A stretch of DNA of 64,000 bases from Rubripirellula sp. (GTDB taxonomy: Bacteria > Planctomycetota > Planctomycetia > Pirellulales > Pirellulaceae). A program made the position numbers and the translations under genes. Numbering within the stretch: position 1 is the stretch's first letter; each line of letters starts with the position of its first letter. Below the pieces are notes generated by a model. The model did no database searches. It was not told where the DNA came from and worked only from the letters and a program-made list of their open reading frames with translations. The DNA is taken from the NCBI GenBank assembly GCA_965216875.1, contig OZ244207.1, positions 7,488,001-7,552,000 on the forward strand, in the 5' to 3' direction. Below are positions 29,449 through 39,554 of the stretch, in pieces.

Positions 29449-32400
29449 CTACTGTTGCCCGCTCAGGTCGATGGCGCCGCGGACAAGGTCTGTGAACTCG
29501 GCGCGAATTCCGTAGGGGTCGTCGCCCTTGGCTGCTTCGGCAACATCAAGCACATCACCGTAGGTCCAGTCCCCGGCGTATTGGCTGCCGCGCAGTTGCA
29601 TGCCAAAGGAAGCGACCGCCGCGGCGAAGCGAAAGTCATCGTCCGCTTTGTCGAAGGTGCTGCCATCGTCGGTGACGGGGTATTCCACACGCGAGCTTTC
29701 GGCTCCCTCTTCGACGATGTCATCGGGGCCGAGGTAACGCAGTTTCAAGTTCATCACCACGTCACTGTCGGCCGCTGGCGTCAGTTCGCGTTCGGTTTGG
29801 AACTTTGGTGGGTCGGCCTTCGGAGCAATGGTTTTGGCTCGCACGTCGGCGGGAACCAACTCGTAGAGAGCCGTCACAGCGTGGCCGGCACCAATTTCAC
29901 CAGCATCTTTGGTGTCGTCGTTGAAGTCTTCCTTGGCAAGGATTCGGTTTTCGTATCCGATCAATCGGTACGCGGACACGTGGACGGGATTGAATTCAAT
30001 CTGCAGCTTGACGTTCTTGGCGATGGTCACCAACGTGCCGCCAACTTGGTCGACCAAGACCTTCTTGGCTTCGGCTTCGCTATCGATGTAGGCGTAGTTG
30101 CCGTTGCCTTTGCCGGTGATGGTTTCAAGCATCGCGTCGTTGTGGTTGCCCATGCCGAAACCGAGGACGGAAAGGTAGATGCCATCTTTGGCTTCTCGTT
30201 CGACCATCCTCGTCAAGTCATCGGTGCTCGTGACGCCGACGTTAAAGTCGCCATCGGTGCAGAGGATCACGCGGTTGACACCACCTTCGATAAAGTTCTC
30301 GCGGGCTGTTTGGTAAGCCAACGCAATTCCTTGCGCACCGTTCGTGCTGCCGCTCGGGCGCAGGCGTTCGATTGCCGCTTCGAGCTTGTCGCGTTTCTTT
30401 GCCGACGTTGATCCGATCACCAAACCGGCTGAACCGGCGTAGGCAGTGATCGCGACTTTGTCTTTGCCGCGGAGTTGCTTGAGCAACAAACGCATGCCCT
30501 GTTTGACCAACGGCATTTTCGCCGACGCGTTCATCGATCCGCTGGTGTCGAGCAGGAAGACGAGGTTGCACGCTGGACGCTCGGCCTTTCGCATTGTCTT
30601 GCCTTTCAGTGCGATGCGGGCGAGCCTGTGCTTTTCATTCCAAGGGCAGGACGTGATTGCCGTTTGTGCCGCGAACGGATGCTCCGCATCGGCATCGGGC
30701 CCTTCGTAGCCATAATCAAAATAGTTGACCATCTCCTCGATGCGTACGGCACCTGGTTGTGGCAAGTGCTGTGAACGGACCAGGTAGTTGCGCACTTTGC
30801 TGTAGCTCGCGGTGTCGACGTCAACAGAAAACGTGCTCGTTTCCTGTTCGCTCACGCGTTTGAACTCATTCTCGACAATCACATCATGGCGATCGCCCGC
30901 CAGGCCCGGGCCAATGCCAAAGGGTTCGGTCGTGTCGAATTCGACTTTCTGACTGAGCGCGTCGAGTTCAAGTCCTTCGTTCGCATTTCGTCCCAGAGTT
31001 GTTCCTAAAGCAGTGTGGCGACGGACCGAGCGAGACGCTTTCGCGTCGACTCCGAGAGCAACCGATTGGTTGCCGCGGGCTTGGTTGCCAGCTTGGTTTG
31101 CGCTCATGAATTTCTTGAGCCGAGTGCTGGCTTTCGGATTGCCTTTGAGGGTGATCGTGCCTCCCTCAGGCACATACTCAATCTTTGCCTTCTGATTTCC
31201 TTGGCCACTGGACGGAGCCGGTTGAGCTTCCTTGGATTCCTCGCCAAAACGCATTCGCGCGCCACCTGCGAACCGCTGGCTGAGTTGGCCACCACGACCT
31301 TGTTGACCCTGGCTTTGCTGTTGTTTGTAGTAGAGTTCGACCGCGTCGCGTTGGGATTCCGGTAACGCTTGCTGAGCGAGGTCGAGATCGGTTCTGGCTT
31401 CGCCCTTAGGTGCGGATTCAGCAAGTGCACGGGCATATTCAGGTGACGCAGCGTAGCCGGGGGCAGCAAGCGCTTCGGGGCTCGTCGCCGGTCTTGCTGG
31501 GGCTGTTGGTTTGGGGGCCATCGGCGCGGGCGTTTGATTTGGCGCGGGGGCAGGAACGGCGAGACGGCCGCCACCAAAACCTCCGCTGCCTTGGCCAAAG
31601 CCGTCGGCGCCAGGCTGGGACCCGTTGCCGCCCGGTGCTGAACCGTCGGCAACCTGCATTGGGGCTTGTTGCCCAGAGCCCTGCTGCCCGGAGCCCCGTT
31701 GTCGGGAATTGGGTTGTGGGGAACCGGGTTGCGATGAATCCTGTTCACTTCCCGCAATCGACTTGCGTTTCAGGTTTCGGGGGGCACCGTCAAGTGACAT
31801 GCCGCCAAAGAGCGTTTGTGCTTGCTCTTGTTCACCGTTTGCCTGACCCCCTTGGTTTTCGCCGACGACTCGGCGTGCTTTGGAAGCTTCTTTGCTGCCG
31901 AATCCCAACTGAGCGGCGGGGGCCGGTTTGCCTTGACTCTCGCTTTGGGGACTCTCGTGCTTTGCGATATCGCTGGAGGGGCCGTTTTGGTTTTGCGAGC
32001 CATCTTGTCTGTTAGGCAGGAGCTTACCCGCAGCGCCAAGGCCACCGCCGGCCATGGCGCCACCGGCAGCGCTGCCGCTGTCGAGGCTTCGGTCGAGCCT
32101 TATCGGTCGGCCGCCCTTCGCTGCTCCATCGCCGGCGATACCCGATTGGACGCCCGCTTTAGAAATGCCAGCGTCAGAAAACTTTTGGTCGGTTGGTCGA
32201 GTGATGTCACTGGCGTCAGGCAGGACGCTCATGGCTGATGCACGCTGCGAAGGTGCTGTGCGTCCCCGGGAAAGCTGGTCGGGTGCATTCTCGTCAGTTT
32301 TGGGGGCGTTTCTGCTTTGGACATTTCTACTTCGAGGCTTGCTGCTTTGGGCCTTGCTGCGGATGGCGTCAAGTTCAGCGTTTGTCTCGTATCGATTCGG

Positions 32401-33288
32401 CTCGATCGATTCGTCACGTCCGTTGCTACCAGCGGCTTCGCCATCGACCTTCATCGAATAGAGTTGGTTTCGCTCCTGCCCTCGAATCTTTTCGACCGAA
32501 CCCAATTTGTCAGCAGCGACCTGGGAACGATTGGTGCTCGCTGAGCCGCGCCCGTCGGGGTCGGTCGAAACGGGGGCTTCCGAGACGGCGGCTTGGGCAT
32601 CCGCCATTTCTGAAAGTGGTTCTTCCGCAAAGGGCGCATCGTTTGCTTTGAGAGTTTGAGCTTGAGTTTCCGTTGCTAGTTCGGCGATCAGCGGCGTGAC
32701 GGATTCGGGATCGGCTGCTTCAAGATCAACCGCATCGAGTTGGTTCAGTTTGCGGGTCGGGGCCACAAAGCCTCCACTTTCGACGACCGCCAAACCACGC
32801 GCTGCCTCGTTGTCCGATTCGATTGCACGAAGGTCGCTGTTGGAATCAGCGGCGGCCTCATTTTCGGCCAGCGATTGATCAGACGTAGGTTCGTCCGGTT
32901 TCTCGAAGACTTGCGAAACATTCAAATCCGTCTCGTGCCGATTCAACCACGGCGCTAATCCAACCAAGACCAACAGCACTGCTGCGGCGGCAAGGACGGT
33001 TCCCCACACCTTCCACGCCGGAGGGCTGCTTGGCGGAAGTGCCGTGGATGGAGCGGGCATGGCTTCTCCGGCACGAATCGCTTCACGGCGTTCGTCGTCC
33101 AGGGGTGGCATCTCTTCGGAGGTGTACAGGTCAATCAATTGACCGGTGACACTGCGTGCTTCTTCCACAGCAGCTGCGAGATTCGAATCGGATTGCATTT
33201 CCGTTTCGAACGCGGCACGCTCGGCATCATCAAGCTCTTCAAGCACGTAGGCGGTGATACGTGGATCGTTCCAGGGTGATTCGGACAT
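29449..33288 (-). CDS. Putative anti-sigma factor with long low-complexity linker and C-terminal YfbK-type vWA module
   Basis: N-terminal ITAYVLEEL..ERAAFE, TM helix, STFSVDVDTASY, MIDAS DTSGS, LCTDGDFNVG, YRLIGYENR, DAGEIGAGH. Confidence 0.88.
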   Translation of the reverse strand: MSESPWNDPRITAYVLEELDDAERAAFETEMQSDSNLAAAVEEARSVTGQLIDLYTSEEMPPLDDERREAIRAGEAMPAPSTALPPSSPPAWKVWGTVLAAAAVLLVLVGLAPWLNRHETDLNVSQVFEKPDEPTSDQSLAENEAAADSNSDLRAIESDNEAARGLAVVESGGFVAPTRKLNQLDAVDLEAADPESVTPLIAELATETQAQTLKANDAPFAEEPLSEMADAQAAVSEAPVSTDPDGRGSASTNRSQVAADKLGSVEKIRGQERNQLYSMKVDGEAAGSNGRDESIEPNRYETNAELDAIRSKAQSSKPRSRNVQSRNAPKTDENAPDQLSRGRTAPSQRASAMSVLPDASDITRPTDQKFSDAGISKAGVQSGIAGDGAAKGGRPIRLDRSLDSGSAAGGAMAGGGLGAAGKLLPNRQDGSQNQNGPSSDIAKHESPQSESQGKPAPAAQLGFGSKEASKARRVVGENQGGQANGEQEQAQTLFGGMSLDGAPRNLKRKSIAGSEQDSSQPGSPQPNSRQRGSGQQGSGQQAPMQVADGSAPGGNGSQPGADGFGQGSGGFGGGRLAVPAPAPNQTPAPMAPKPTAPARPATSPEALAAPGYAASPEYARALAESAPKGEARTDLDLAQQALPESQRDAVELYYKQQQSQGQQGRGGQLSQRFAGGARMRFGEESKEAQPAPSSGQGNQKAKIEYVPEGGTITLKGNPKASTRLKKFMSANQAGNQARGNQSVALGVDAKASRSVRRHTALGTTLGRNANEGLELDALSQKVEFDTTEPFGIGPGLAGDRHDVIVENEFKRVSEQETSTFSVDVDTASYSKVRNYLVRSQHLPQPGAVRIEEMVNYFDYGYEGPDADAEHPFAAQTAITSCPWNEKHRLARIALKGKTMRKAERPACNLVFLLDTSGSMNASAKMPLVKQGMRLLLKQLRGKDKVAITAYAGSAGLVIGSTSAKKRDKLEAAIERLRPSGSTNGAQGIALAYQTARENFIEGGVNRVILCTDGDFNVGVTSTDDLTRMVEREAKDGIYLSVLGFGMGNHNDAMLETITGKGNGNYAYIDSEAEAKKVLVDQVGGTLVTIAKNVKLQIEFNPVHVSAYRLIGYENRILAKEDFNDDTKDAGEIGAGHAVTALYELVPADVRAKTIAPKADPPKFQTERELTPAADSDVVMNLKLRYLGPDDIVEEGAESSRVEYPVTDDGSTFDKADDDFRFAAAVASFGMQLRGSQYAGDWTYGDVLDVAEAAKGDDPYGIRAEFTDLVRGAIDLSGQQ

Positions 33289-33367
33289 CGTTTGTCTCGT
33301 GACGTTCTGGGTTGCCGACCATTTGGGCCGACGTTGTTGTGGCGGTGCGGGGTGAAAGGAGAGGCGG

Positions 33368-33880
33368 CTAACTCACAGCCAGCGAGTCGCGCAGGTTGCG
33401 AACCGCTTCGTGTAAGTGAAAGCCAACGTTGCCGATCGTCAGTCCCGTGACCTCGGCGATCTCTCGGTAACTCAACCCCGCTTGCATGCGAAGACGTAAG
33501 ACTTCCTGTTGGCGTGGCGACAACGTGCCAACCAACTCATTGAGATGGACTTTGTCTTCGGCGTCACTGGCGACCTGTTCGGCGCCCGGCGACGGGTCGG
33601 CGACGGTGACCTGACTGGCGTCGATCGGCGTCGCGTGTTTGGTTCGTTGCATGTCGATCACTCGGCTCCGGCAAACGGAAAAAAGCCAGGCAGCGACGCG
33701 CGATTCGATCTTCTCTCGATCTTCGCGACACAGCCGCAGGAAAGTTTCCTGCACCGCGTCCTGTGCTCCCTGCCAATCACCGCCAAGCATGCGATTGGCA
33801 TACGCAAGCAGCGGCCGCTCGTAGCGGTCTACGAGACGGTCCACGGCATCGGCCGGCCAGTCAGATGCGTTTTTGGTCAT
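33368..33880 (-). CDS. ECF RNA polymerase sigma factor
   Basis: Region 2 AQDAVQETFLRL..AWLF, region 4 LSPRQQEV..GLSYREIAEV. Confidence 0.92.
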   Translation of the reverse strand: MTKNASDWPADAVDRLVDRYERPLLAYANRMLGGDWQGAQDAVQETFLRLCREDREKIESRVAAWLFSVCRSRVIDMQRTKHATPIDASQVTVADPSPGAEQVASDAEDKVHLNELVGTLSPRQQEVLRLRMQAGLSYREIAEVTGLTIGNVGFHLHEAVRNLRDSLAVS

Positions 33881-34215
33881 TGCGGAGATGTCAGAGGAGA
33901 CAACGCGGTTCAAACACGACAACGAGACGTCGGGCGGTTTTGTTAGGGACGAAGCAAGAAATTGGTGCCACCACCTCCGAGTTTTCCTGCTTTTCACATG
34001 CAAAAAGTCGCCTTTTCACCCGCCCCATTGTGGCCTGCGACAATCCGGGACGCCACGAACCGGCCCTTCGATCCGAGTTTGGGTTTGACGCCGAGATGCG
34101 ACCCCCGCTATTCCAATCTTTGAAAAGTGACGGTTGATCGGTCTCGAATGCGAATTCTTCGTTTTCTCGACCCCCTACCGATCCAAATGAATCCGGCCAA
34201 CCACGGAAGGTTGAT

Positions 34216-35376
34216 ATGACCACCCCTTCAGATAACGTCCCCCTGCTGGACATTAATCTCGATAACAAACCCTATCGCGAAGAGTTTATCGAAGCTCTGA
34301 CCGCAGTCGTTGATAGCGGACGCTTCCTCTTTGGCCCCGATGTGGTCGAACTCGAACGCGAAGTTGCGGCCTACAGCCAAGTCGAAAACGCCGTCGGCTG
34401 TGCCTCGGGAAGCGACGCCCTCTTGCTATCATTGATGGCTCTTGGGATCGGGCCGGGCGATGAAGTGATCGTTCCGAGCTTCACCTTCTTTGCTTCGGTC
34501 AGCTGCATCACACGTCTTGGGGCGACCCCCGTCTTTGTCGACATCCGCCCTGACACGTTCAACATCGACACCTCGAAAATTGAAACGGCGATCACCGCCA
34601 ACACCAAAGCGATCATCCCGGTTCACCTGTTTGGCCAGTGTGCCGAAATCGATCGGATCTGCCAAATCGCAGGCGATCGCGATATTCCGGTGATCGAAGA
34701 CGCAGCTCAATCGATCGGTGCAGCGTACCACTCGCGGCCAGCGGGTAGCTGGGGCACGGTTGGCTGTTTCAGCTTTTATCCCACCAAGAATCTCGGCGGG
34801 ATGGGCGACGGCGGCATGATGACCTCGGGTGACGCGTCGACTGCAGACCGCTTGCGACTGTTCGCCGGTCACGGCATGCGGCCTCGTTACTACCACCAAG
34901 TGGTTGGAATCAACAGCCGTCTCGATACCTTCCAAGCAGCCGTGCTTCGCATCAAATTGCGGCATCTGCCGGAAGCCATCGAGTCACGCACGAACATTGC
35001 GGCTCGCTACAACCGAATGCTATCCGAAGCTCATCTGGTCGCCGAGGATCAGATCACCCTGCCCGTCCAGGACCCGAATGCGTTCCACGTCTGGAACCAA
35101 TTCTCGATCCGTGTCGCTGGTGAACGCCGCGATTCGCTGAGGTCGTATCTGGCCGAAAATGGCGTTGGCAGCGAGATCTATTATCCAGTTCCAATGCACC
35201 AACAAGAGTGTTTCGCGTACCTGAACGTCGATGGCAGCAACCTGCCGGAGACCGAGCGTGCGAGCAAAGAAATCTTGAACCTGCCGATCTTCCCTTCAAT
35301 GACCGAGGCTCAACAGCATCGAGTCGTCGAGGTGATCGCGAACTTCTACGCCAGCGGAGCGAAGATGGCCGCCTAA
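34216..35376 (+). CDS. DegT/DnrJ/EryC1/StrS family PLP aminotransferase
   Basis: SGSDAL, IPVHLFGQ, IEDAAQS, SFYPTKNLG..GDGG, NSRLD. Confidence 0.95.
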   Translation: MTTPSDNVPLLDINLDNKPYREEFIEALTAVVDSGRFLFGPDVVELEREVAAYSQVENAVGCASGSDALLLSLMALGIGPGDEVIVPSFTFFASVSCITRLGATPVFVDIRPDTFNIDTSKIETAITANTKAIIPVHLFGQCAEIDRICQIAGDRDIPVIEDAAQSIGAAYHSRPAGSWGTVGCFSFYPTKNLGGMGDGGMMTSGDASTADRLRLFAGHGMRPRYYHQVVGINSRLDTFQAAVLRIKLRHLPEAIESRTNIAARYNRMLSEAHLVAEDQITLPVQDPNAFHVWNQFSIRVAGERRDSLRSYLAENGVGSEIYYPVPMHQQECFAYLNVDGSNLPETERASKEILNLPIFPSMTEAQQHRVVEVIANFYASGAKMAA

Positions 35377-35413
35377 GGCCACAGCGACCGAAAACTTGGA
35401 AACAGCCCGTGAG

Positions 35414-35459
35414 CGGGTGGGTCTGGTGCGAACCGCGCCGGACCCACCCGTTTTCTTTT
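35414..35459 (+). terminator. Intrinsic terminator of the aminotransferase gene
   Basis: 17-bp stem with G-U pairs (35414-30/35434-50) followed by TTTTCTTTT. Confidence 0.8.
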
Positions 35460-35486
35460 GGGTTCGACTCCAGCGAGTTCATCAAG

Positions 35487-35638
35487 GTGAGCCGCGATCG
35501 CGTAAGCGGCCGGGCCTTGTACGCATTGCGCGTGTGACTGGGGCCCGAGGCCTTACGGCCAGCGGCTCACGGGCGCGGAAGAGCGTGGAAGAGCCAGACG
35601 CCGGATCTGCGTCGCTGTCGCTCCTTGATTCGGCCTAC
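35487..35638. repeat. REP-like cluster: family A doublet plus family B (GTAGGCCG..GGAGCGACAGCGACGCAGATCCGGC)
   Basis: Family A matches 12823-12911. Family B at 35600-35638 is the reverse complement of 41644-41682 with one mismatch. Confidence 0.85.
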
Positions 35639-35644
35639 GCGCAT

Positions 35645-35683
35645 AAAAAAATCGCTCCTCTGCATTTGGCAAAGGAGCGATTT
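35645..35683 (-). terminator. Intrinsic terminator of fusA
   Basis: AAATCGCTCCT/AGGAGCGATTT stem with an A7 run on + (U tract on -). Confidence 0.8.
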
Positions 35684-35711
35684 GCTGTTTTGCGAATGAT
35701 CGTGCAGGAGC

Positions 35712-37796
35712 TTACTTGGCGCCAACCAATTGTTGCTTCTTCGCTTCGATGATCTCTTCTTGGATGTTGCTTGGAGTTTGGCGATAGGAAGCCAACTCCA
35801 TGCTGAACGTCCCTTGACCTTGAGTCATCGAACGCAGGTCGGTTGCATAACCGAAGGTTTCTGCGAGAGGGATTTCCGCTTTGATGACGCTCGAGCCTTC
35901 GATGATGTCGTTGCTGGTCATGATTCCACGTCGCTTGGTGATGTCACCGACGACCGAACCTTGGAACGACTCAGGGCACTCGATTTCGACGTTCATGATC
36001 GGCTCGAGCAACTTGGGAGCCGCTTGCTTGAAGTATTCGCGGAAGCAACCTTGAGCACAGGTGTAGAAGGCTTTTTCCGACGAGTCGACTTCGTGGAAGC
36101 TACCGTCGTCGAGATCGATTCGAGTTCCCACCACGGGGTATTCGGCGACAGGGCCTTTGCCCAGGATGTCGCGGAAGCCCTTTTCGATCGCTGGGATGTA
36201 TTGCTTGGGAATACGACCACCAACGATGTGCTCTTCAAACTCGAAGCTGTCTTCGGAGTCCGATTCGATCGGGCTGAGCTTGCCAACGATGTGGGCGAAT
36301 TGACCCGAACCACCACTTTGCTTCTTGTGCTTGTAGTTGAATTCGACGGCCTTGGTTGGGCTCTCGCGGTAGCTCACCTTTGGAGCACCGACTTCGATGT
36401 CGACGCCGTACTCTCGGCGAATGCGTTCGATGTAAACTTCCAAGTGAAGTTCACCCATTCCCGAGATCAAGATCTCTTTGGTTTCTTCGTCACTGAAGAC
36501 ACGGAAGGTTGGGTCTTCTTTGCGGAAGCGTTGAAGAGCCTTGCCCATCTTGTCGCCATCGCCACGGTTGACAGGATTGACGGCGATCTTGATCACTGGA
36601 TCGGGAACGAACATTGACTCGAGTGTGCACTGGTCACGTTCGGCGGCGTAGGTGTCACCACTGGCCGAGTCGATGCCCATCACCGCGATGATGTCGCCGG
36701 CGGTTGCGGTGTCGATTTCCTCACGCTTGTCACTGTGCATCTTGACCAAGCGGCTGAAGCGTTCTTTGCGACCCGTACGCTGGTTGACGTAGGTGCCACC
36801 TTTTTCGATCGTGCCTTGGTAGATACGCATGAACGTCAGCTGACCGAATTGGTCATCGACGATCTTGAACGCCATGCCAACGAATGGTGCGTCGGCGTCT
36901 GGCTTGAGTTCGATCTTCTTGTCTTCGTCCTTCGGGTCGGTACCGCTGATGTCACGATCGAGCGGGCTCGGAAGGTAACGAACCACGGCGTCAAGCAGTG
37001 GCTGAACGCCTTTGTTCTTGAAGGCCGTCCCCATGTAGACGGGAGTCGCACCGCCGAGGACAGCATCACGAGTGACCTTGTAGATCAACTCCTTGGAAAC
37101 TTCTTCTTCGCTGAGAAGCAGTTCCATCATTTCGTCGTTGTACATCGAAAGCGCTTCGAGCATGTTCATGCGAGCGGCTTCGACTTCGTCTTTCAAATCG
37201 TCTGGCACAGGACCTTCGACGATTTCCTCACCCTCTGCGCCGGCGTGAGTCAGGGACTTCATTTCGATCAGGTCGACAACACCTTGGAAGTTTTCTTCTG
37301 CACCGATTGGGTACTGCATCAAGAAAGCTTCGGCACCCAACTTGTCGCGAAGTTGTTCGACAACGCGGAAGGGGTTTGCACCGGTGCGGTCCATCTTGTT
37401 GATGAACGCAACGCGAGGCACTTGGTAACGTTTCATTTGGCGGTCGACAGTGATCGATTGGCTTTGCACGCCACCGACACTGCAGAGCACGAGGACAGCA
37501 CCGTCAAGAACACGCAGCGAGCGTTCCACTTCGACGGTAAAGTCAACGTGGCCGGGGGTGTCGATCAAGTTGATCGGGTAACCGTTGTATTCGACGCTGG
37601 TTGCGGCACTGGTGATCGTGATCCCACGCTCGCGTTCCAGTTCCATGTGGTCCATCGTCGCGCCGTCGCCATCGCCGCGAACTTCTTCGATTTTGTGAAT
37701 CCGTCCGGTGTAATACAGGATGCGTTCGCTCAGGGTCGTTTTTCCCGAGTCAATGTGAGCGCTAATCCCGATGTTCCGTAGTTTCTCCAGACTCAT
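35712..37796 (-). CDS. fusA: Elongation factor G
   Basis: RNIGISAHIDSGKTT, ERGITI, DTPGHVDF, NKMD, GMGELHLE, LLEPIM, GYATDLRSMTQG. Confidence 0.98.
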   Translation of the reverse strand: MSLEKLRNIGISAHIDSGKTTLSERILYYTGRIHKIEEVRGDGDGATMDHMELERERGITITSAATSVEYNGYPINLIDTPGHVDFTVEVERSLRVLDGAVLVLCSVGGVQSQSITVDRQMKRYQVPRVAFINKMDRTGANPFRVVEQLRDKLGAEAFLMQYPIGAEENFQGVVDLIEMKSLTHAGAEGEEIVEGPVPDDLKDEVEAARMNMLEALSMYNDEMMELLLSEEEVSKELIYKVTRDAVLGGATPVYMGTAFKNKGVQPLLDAVVRYLPSPLDRDISGTDPKDEDKKIELKPDADAPFVGMAFKIVDDQFGQLTFMRIYQGTIEKGGTYVNQRTGRKERFSRLVKMHSDKREEIDTATAGDIIAVMGIDSASGDTYAAERDQCTLESMFVPDPVIKIAVNPVNRGDGDKMGKALQRFRKEDPTFRVFSDEETKEILISGMGELHLEVYIERIRREYGVDIEVGAPKVSYRESPTKAVEFNYKHKKQSGGSGQFAHIVGKLSPIESDSEDSFEFEEHIVGGRIPKQYIPAIEKGFRDILGKGPVAEYPVVGTRIDLDDGSFHEVDSSEKAFYTCAQGCFREYFKQAAPKLLEPIMNVEIECPESFQGSVVGDITKRRGIMTSNDIIEGSSVIKAEIPLAETFGYATDLRSMTQGQGTFSMELASYRQTPSNIQEEIIEAKKQQLVGAK

Positions 37797-38648
37797 AGTT
37801 TTCACCTAAACGGTAACAAGCCTCTTCATTCCCAAGTTGGCGGACACGATCAACGCGCGTGTCAGAATTGAGGACGACGCCACGAGGATGGGAGGCAGGT
37901 CTTTTCGTGTTGGCTTGCCGTGTTCGGCGGCAAGCATTCTGTGTTGTTTTGTTGTGGTTTCGGTAGGACCGCGATTGATTGGATCGAGCCACCGAGCGGC
38001 TGTACCCATTCAGCGATCATTCCTACTGGCATCTCAGTGGTTTTCCCTACCGGAAATCATCAAAGGGCACCAGCGTAATTGCCGGTTTTTCCCTCGCACG
38101 ACTGGCAGACTGGTCATGACAGCAAATGCACCGAGGAAGCACCTTTTGAGGGTTTGGGGGTCAAAAGGTGAAGTTCTCGCGTGCGGCGGACCGATTCTGG
38201 TGGGACCATCCTCTCTTTCTGGGACACCACCGCCAAAAACTCGGTTCCGAGCGATTGGGCAGGGGTGACGAAAGAGACCTGATTTTCAAACGATTGACTT
38301 GGAACGTCTTGGCTCGTTTGAACCCAGTGGTTGGCCGTCGAGAACGTGATCCCATTCCCACGCGCGGGAACGTCTAGGAAATATGGCAAAGGTTTGCCGT
38401 GATGGAAAGGGCAAATCTTGGTCCAATTTCCCCTTGCGAGCGAGAAACCGGGTCGACATACTTTCGGACCTGCCTTCGTTCGACCCGCAATTCATGAAGG
38501 TTTTGCGAGTCCTGAGGAGGCAATTTTTTTCGGCGAGCCGGAGAATGTCCCCCTAAGCCAGTCTCAAGGTGCGGGATTTGGTCATTCTGTGGACACTCAG
38601 CCACTCCGGCCGATCAGACCGTTCGCCTCAACAGCAAGAGAATACCCT

Positions 38649-38927
38649 ATGCCTCCTCGTCCTATGAGCACGCGAAGCCGAGCTCGAAAACGCTCGCGCG
38701 TCCGCTCGCGTACGAAAAAGAAAGATCCCATTTTCGTCGATGGCCAGCGTCCACGTCCGATGTACGTTGACTATAAGGACATCGAACTGCTCAAGAAAAT
38801 GGTCAATCGCCAAGGCCGTATCGTTGGTCGTCGCAAGAGCGGTTGTACCGCCGCCAGCCAACACGCGGTCAGCGCCGCGATCAAACGGGCTCGCTTCATG
38901 GCTCTGCTGCCATACGTTGGCGAGTAA
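38649..38927 (+). CDS. rpsR: 30S ribosomal protein bS18
   Basis: VDYKD..LLKK..GRI..RRKSG..QH.V..AIKRARFMALLPY. Confidence 0.95.
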   Translation: MPPRPMSTRSRARKRSRVRSRTKKKDPIFVDGQRPRPMYVDYKDIELLKKMVNRQGRIVGRRKSGCTAASQHAVSAAIKRARFMALLPYVGE

Positions 38928-38972
38928 CGAGTCGCCAGCGCTGCCAAGGGCCACCATCGCCCAGTAAAATAG

Positions 38973-39007
38973 GCGAAGGAACGATTTGACGTTCCTTCGC
39001 TTTTTTC
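38973..39007 (+). terminator. Intrinsic terminator of rpsR
   Basis: Perfect 11-bp stem GCGAAGGAACG/CGTTCCTTCGC followed by T7. Confidence 0.9.
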
Positions 39008-39040
39008 TTGTCTGCTCCGCTTTTCCCCGCTGATGGTGCG

Positions 39041-39478
39041 ATGGCGTTCTCGACCAAACGACGTATCGAGTTTCGTGATACCGATGCCGCGGGAATCGTC
39101 CACTTTTCGGCCTTTTTTCCGATGATGGAAGCGGCCGAGCATGAAATGCTTCGTTCGTTGGGCATCGAGATTTTGCCCGACGAACCGACCTCCGACGATG
39201 CGACCAATGACACGCTGCCGCCGCTGACGTGGCCGCGAGTCTCCGCATCATGCATCTACAACGCCGCCGCCCGCTTCGAAGACTTGCTGACCATCTCGGT
39301 CACGGTGGCCAAAATCGGCAACAGCAGCGTGAAGTACGAGTTTGTCTTTTCCCGCGATGACGAACTGATCGCCGAGGGACGCATCACCGCAGTCTGTTGC
39401 GAGCTGCTGACCGGCGGACGGCTGAAAAAGCACGTCATTCCCGATTCCGTTCGTGAACGTTTGCTGCGGCATCAGTAA
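39041..39478 (+). CDS. Acyl-CoA thioesterase (4HBT/hot-dog fold)
   Basis: RIEFRDTDAAGIVHF..EAAE, ARFEDLL, IGNSSV. Confidence 0.9.
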   Translation: MAFSTKRRIEFRDTDAAGIVHFSAFFPMMEAAEHEMLRSLGIEILPDEPTSDDATNDTLPPLTWPRVSASCIYNAAARFEDLLTISVTVAKIGNSSVKYEFVFSRDDELIAEGRITAVCCELLTGGRLKKHVIPDSVRERLLRHQ

Positions 39479-39554
39479 TCTGGTCTCGAATCGTAGCGAT
39501 CGCCCTCGTCCTCATGGTCCCGGTGGAAACGGACGCTCTGCCGCTGTGATGTTC

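Noticed and set aside
35730..37781. Long + strand ORFs (295 and 348 aa) over fusA
   Set aside because: Antisense shadows caused by codon bias; no motifs.
38418..38648. 77-codon upstream extension of rpsR
   Set aside because: No S18 similarity; ATG 38649 gives a typical length.
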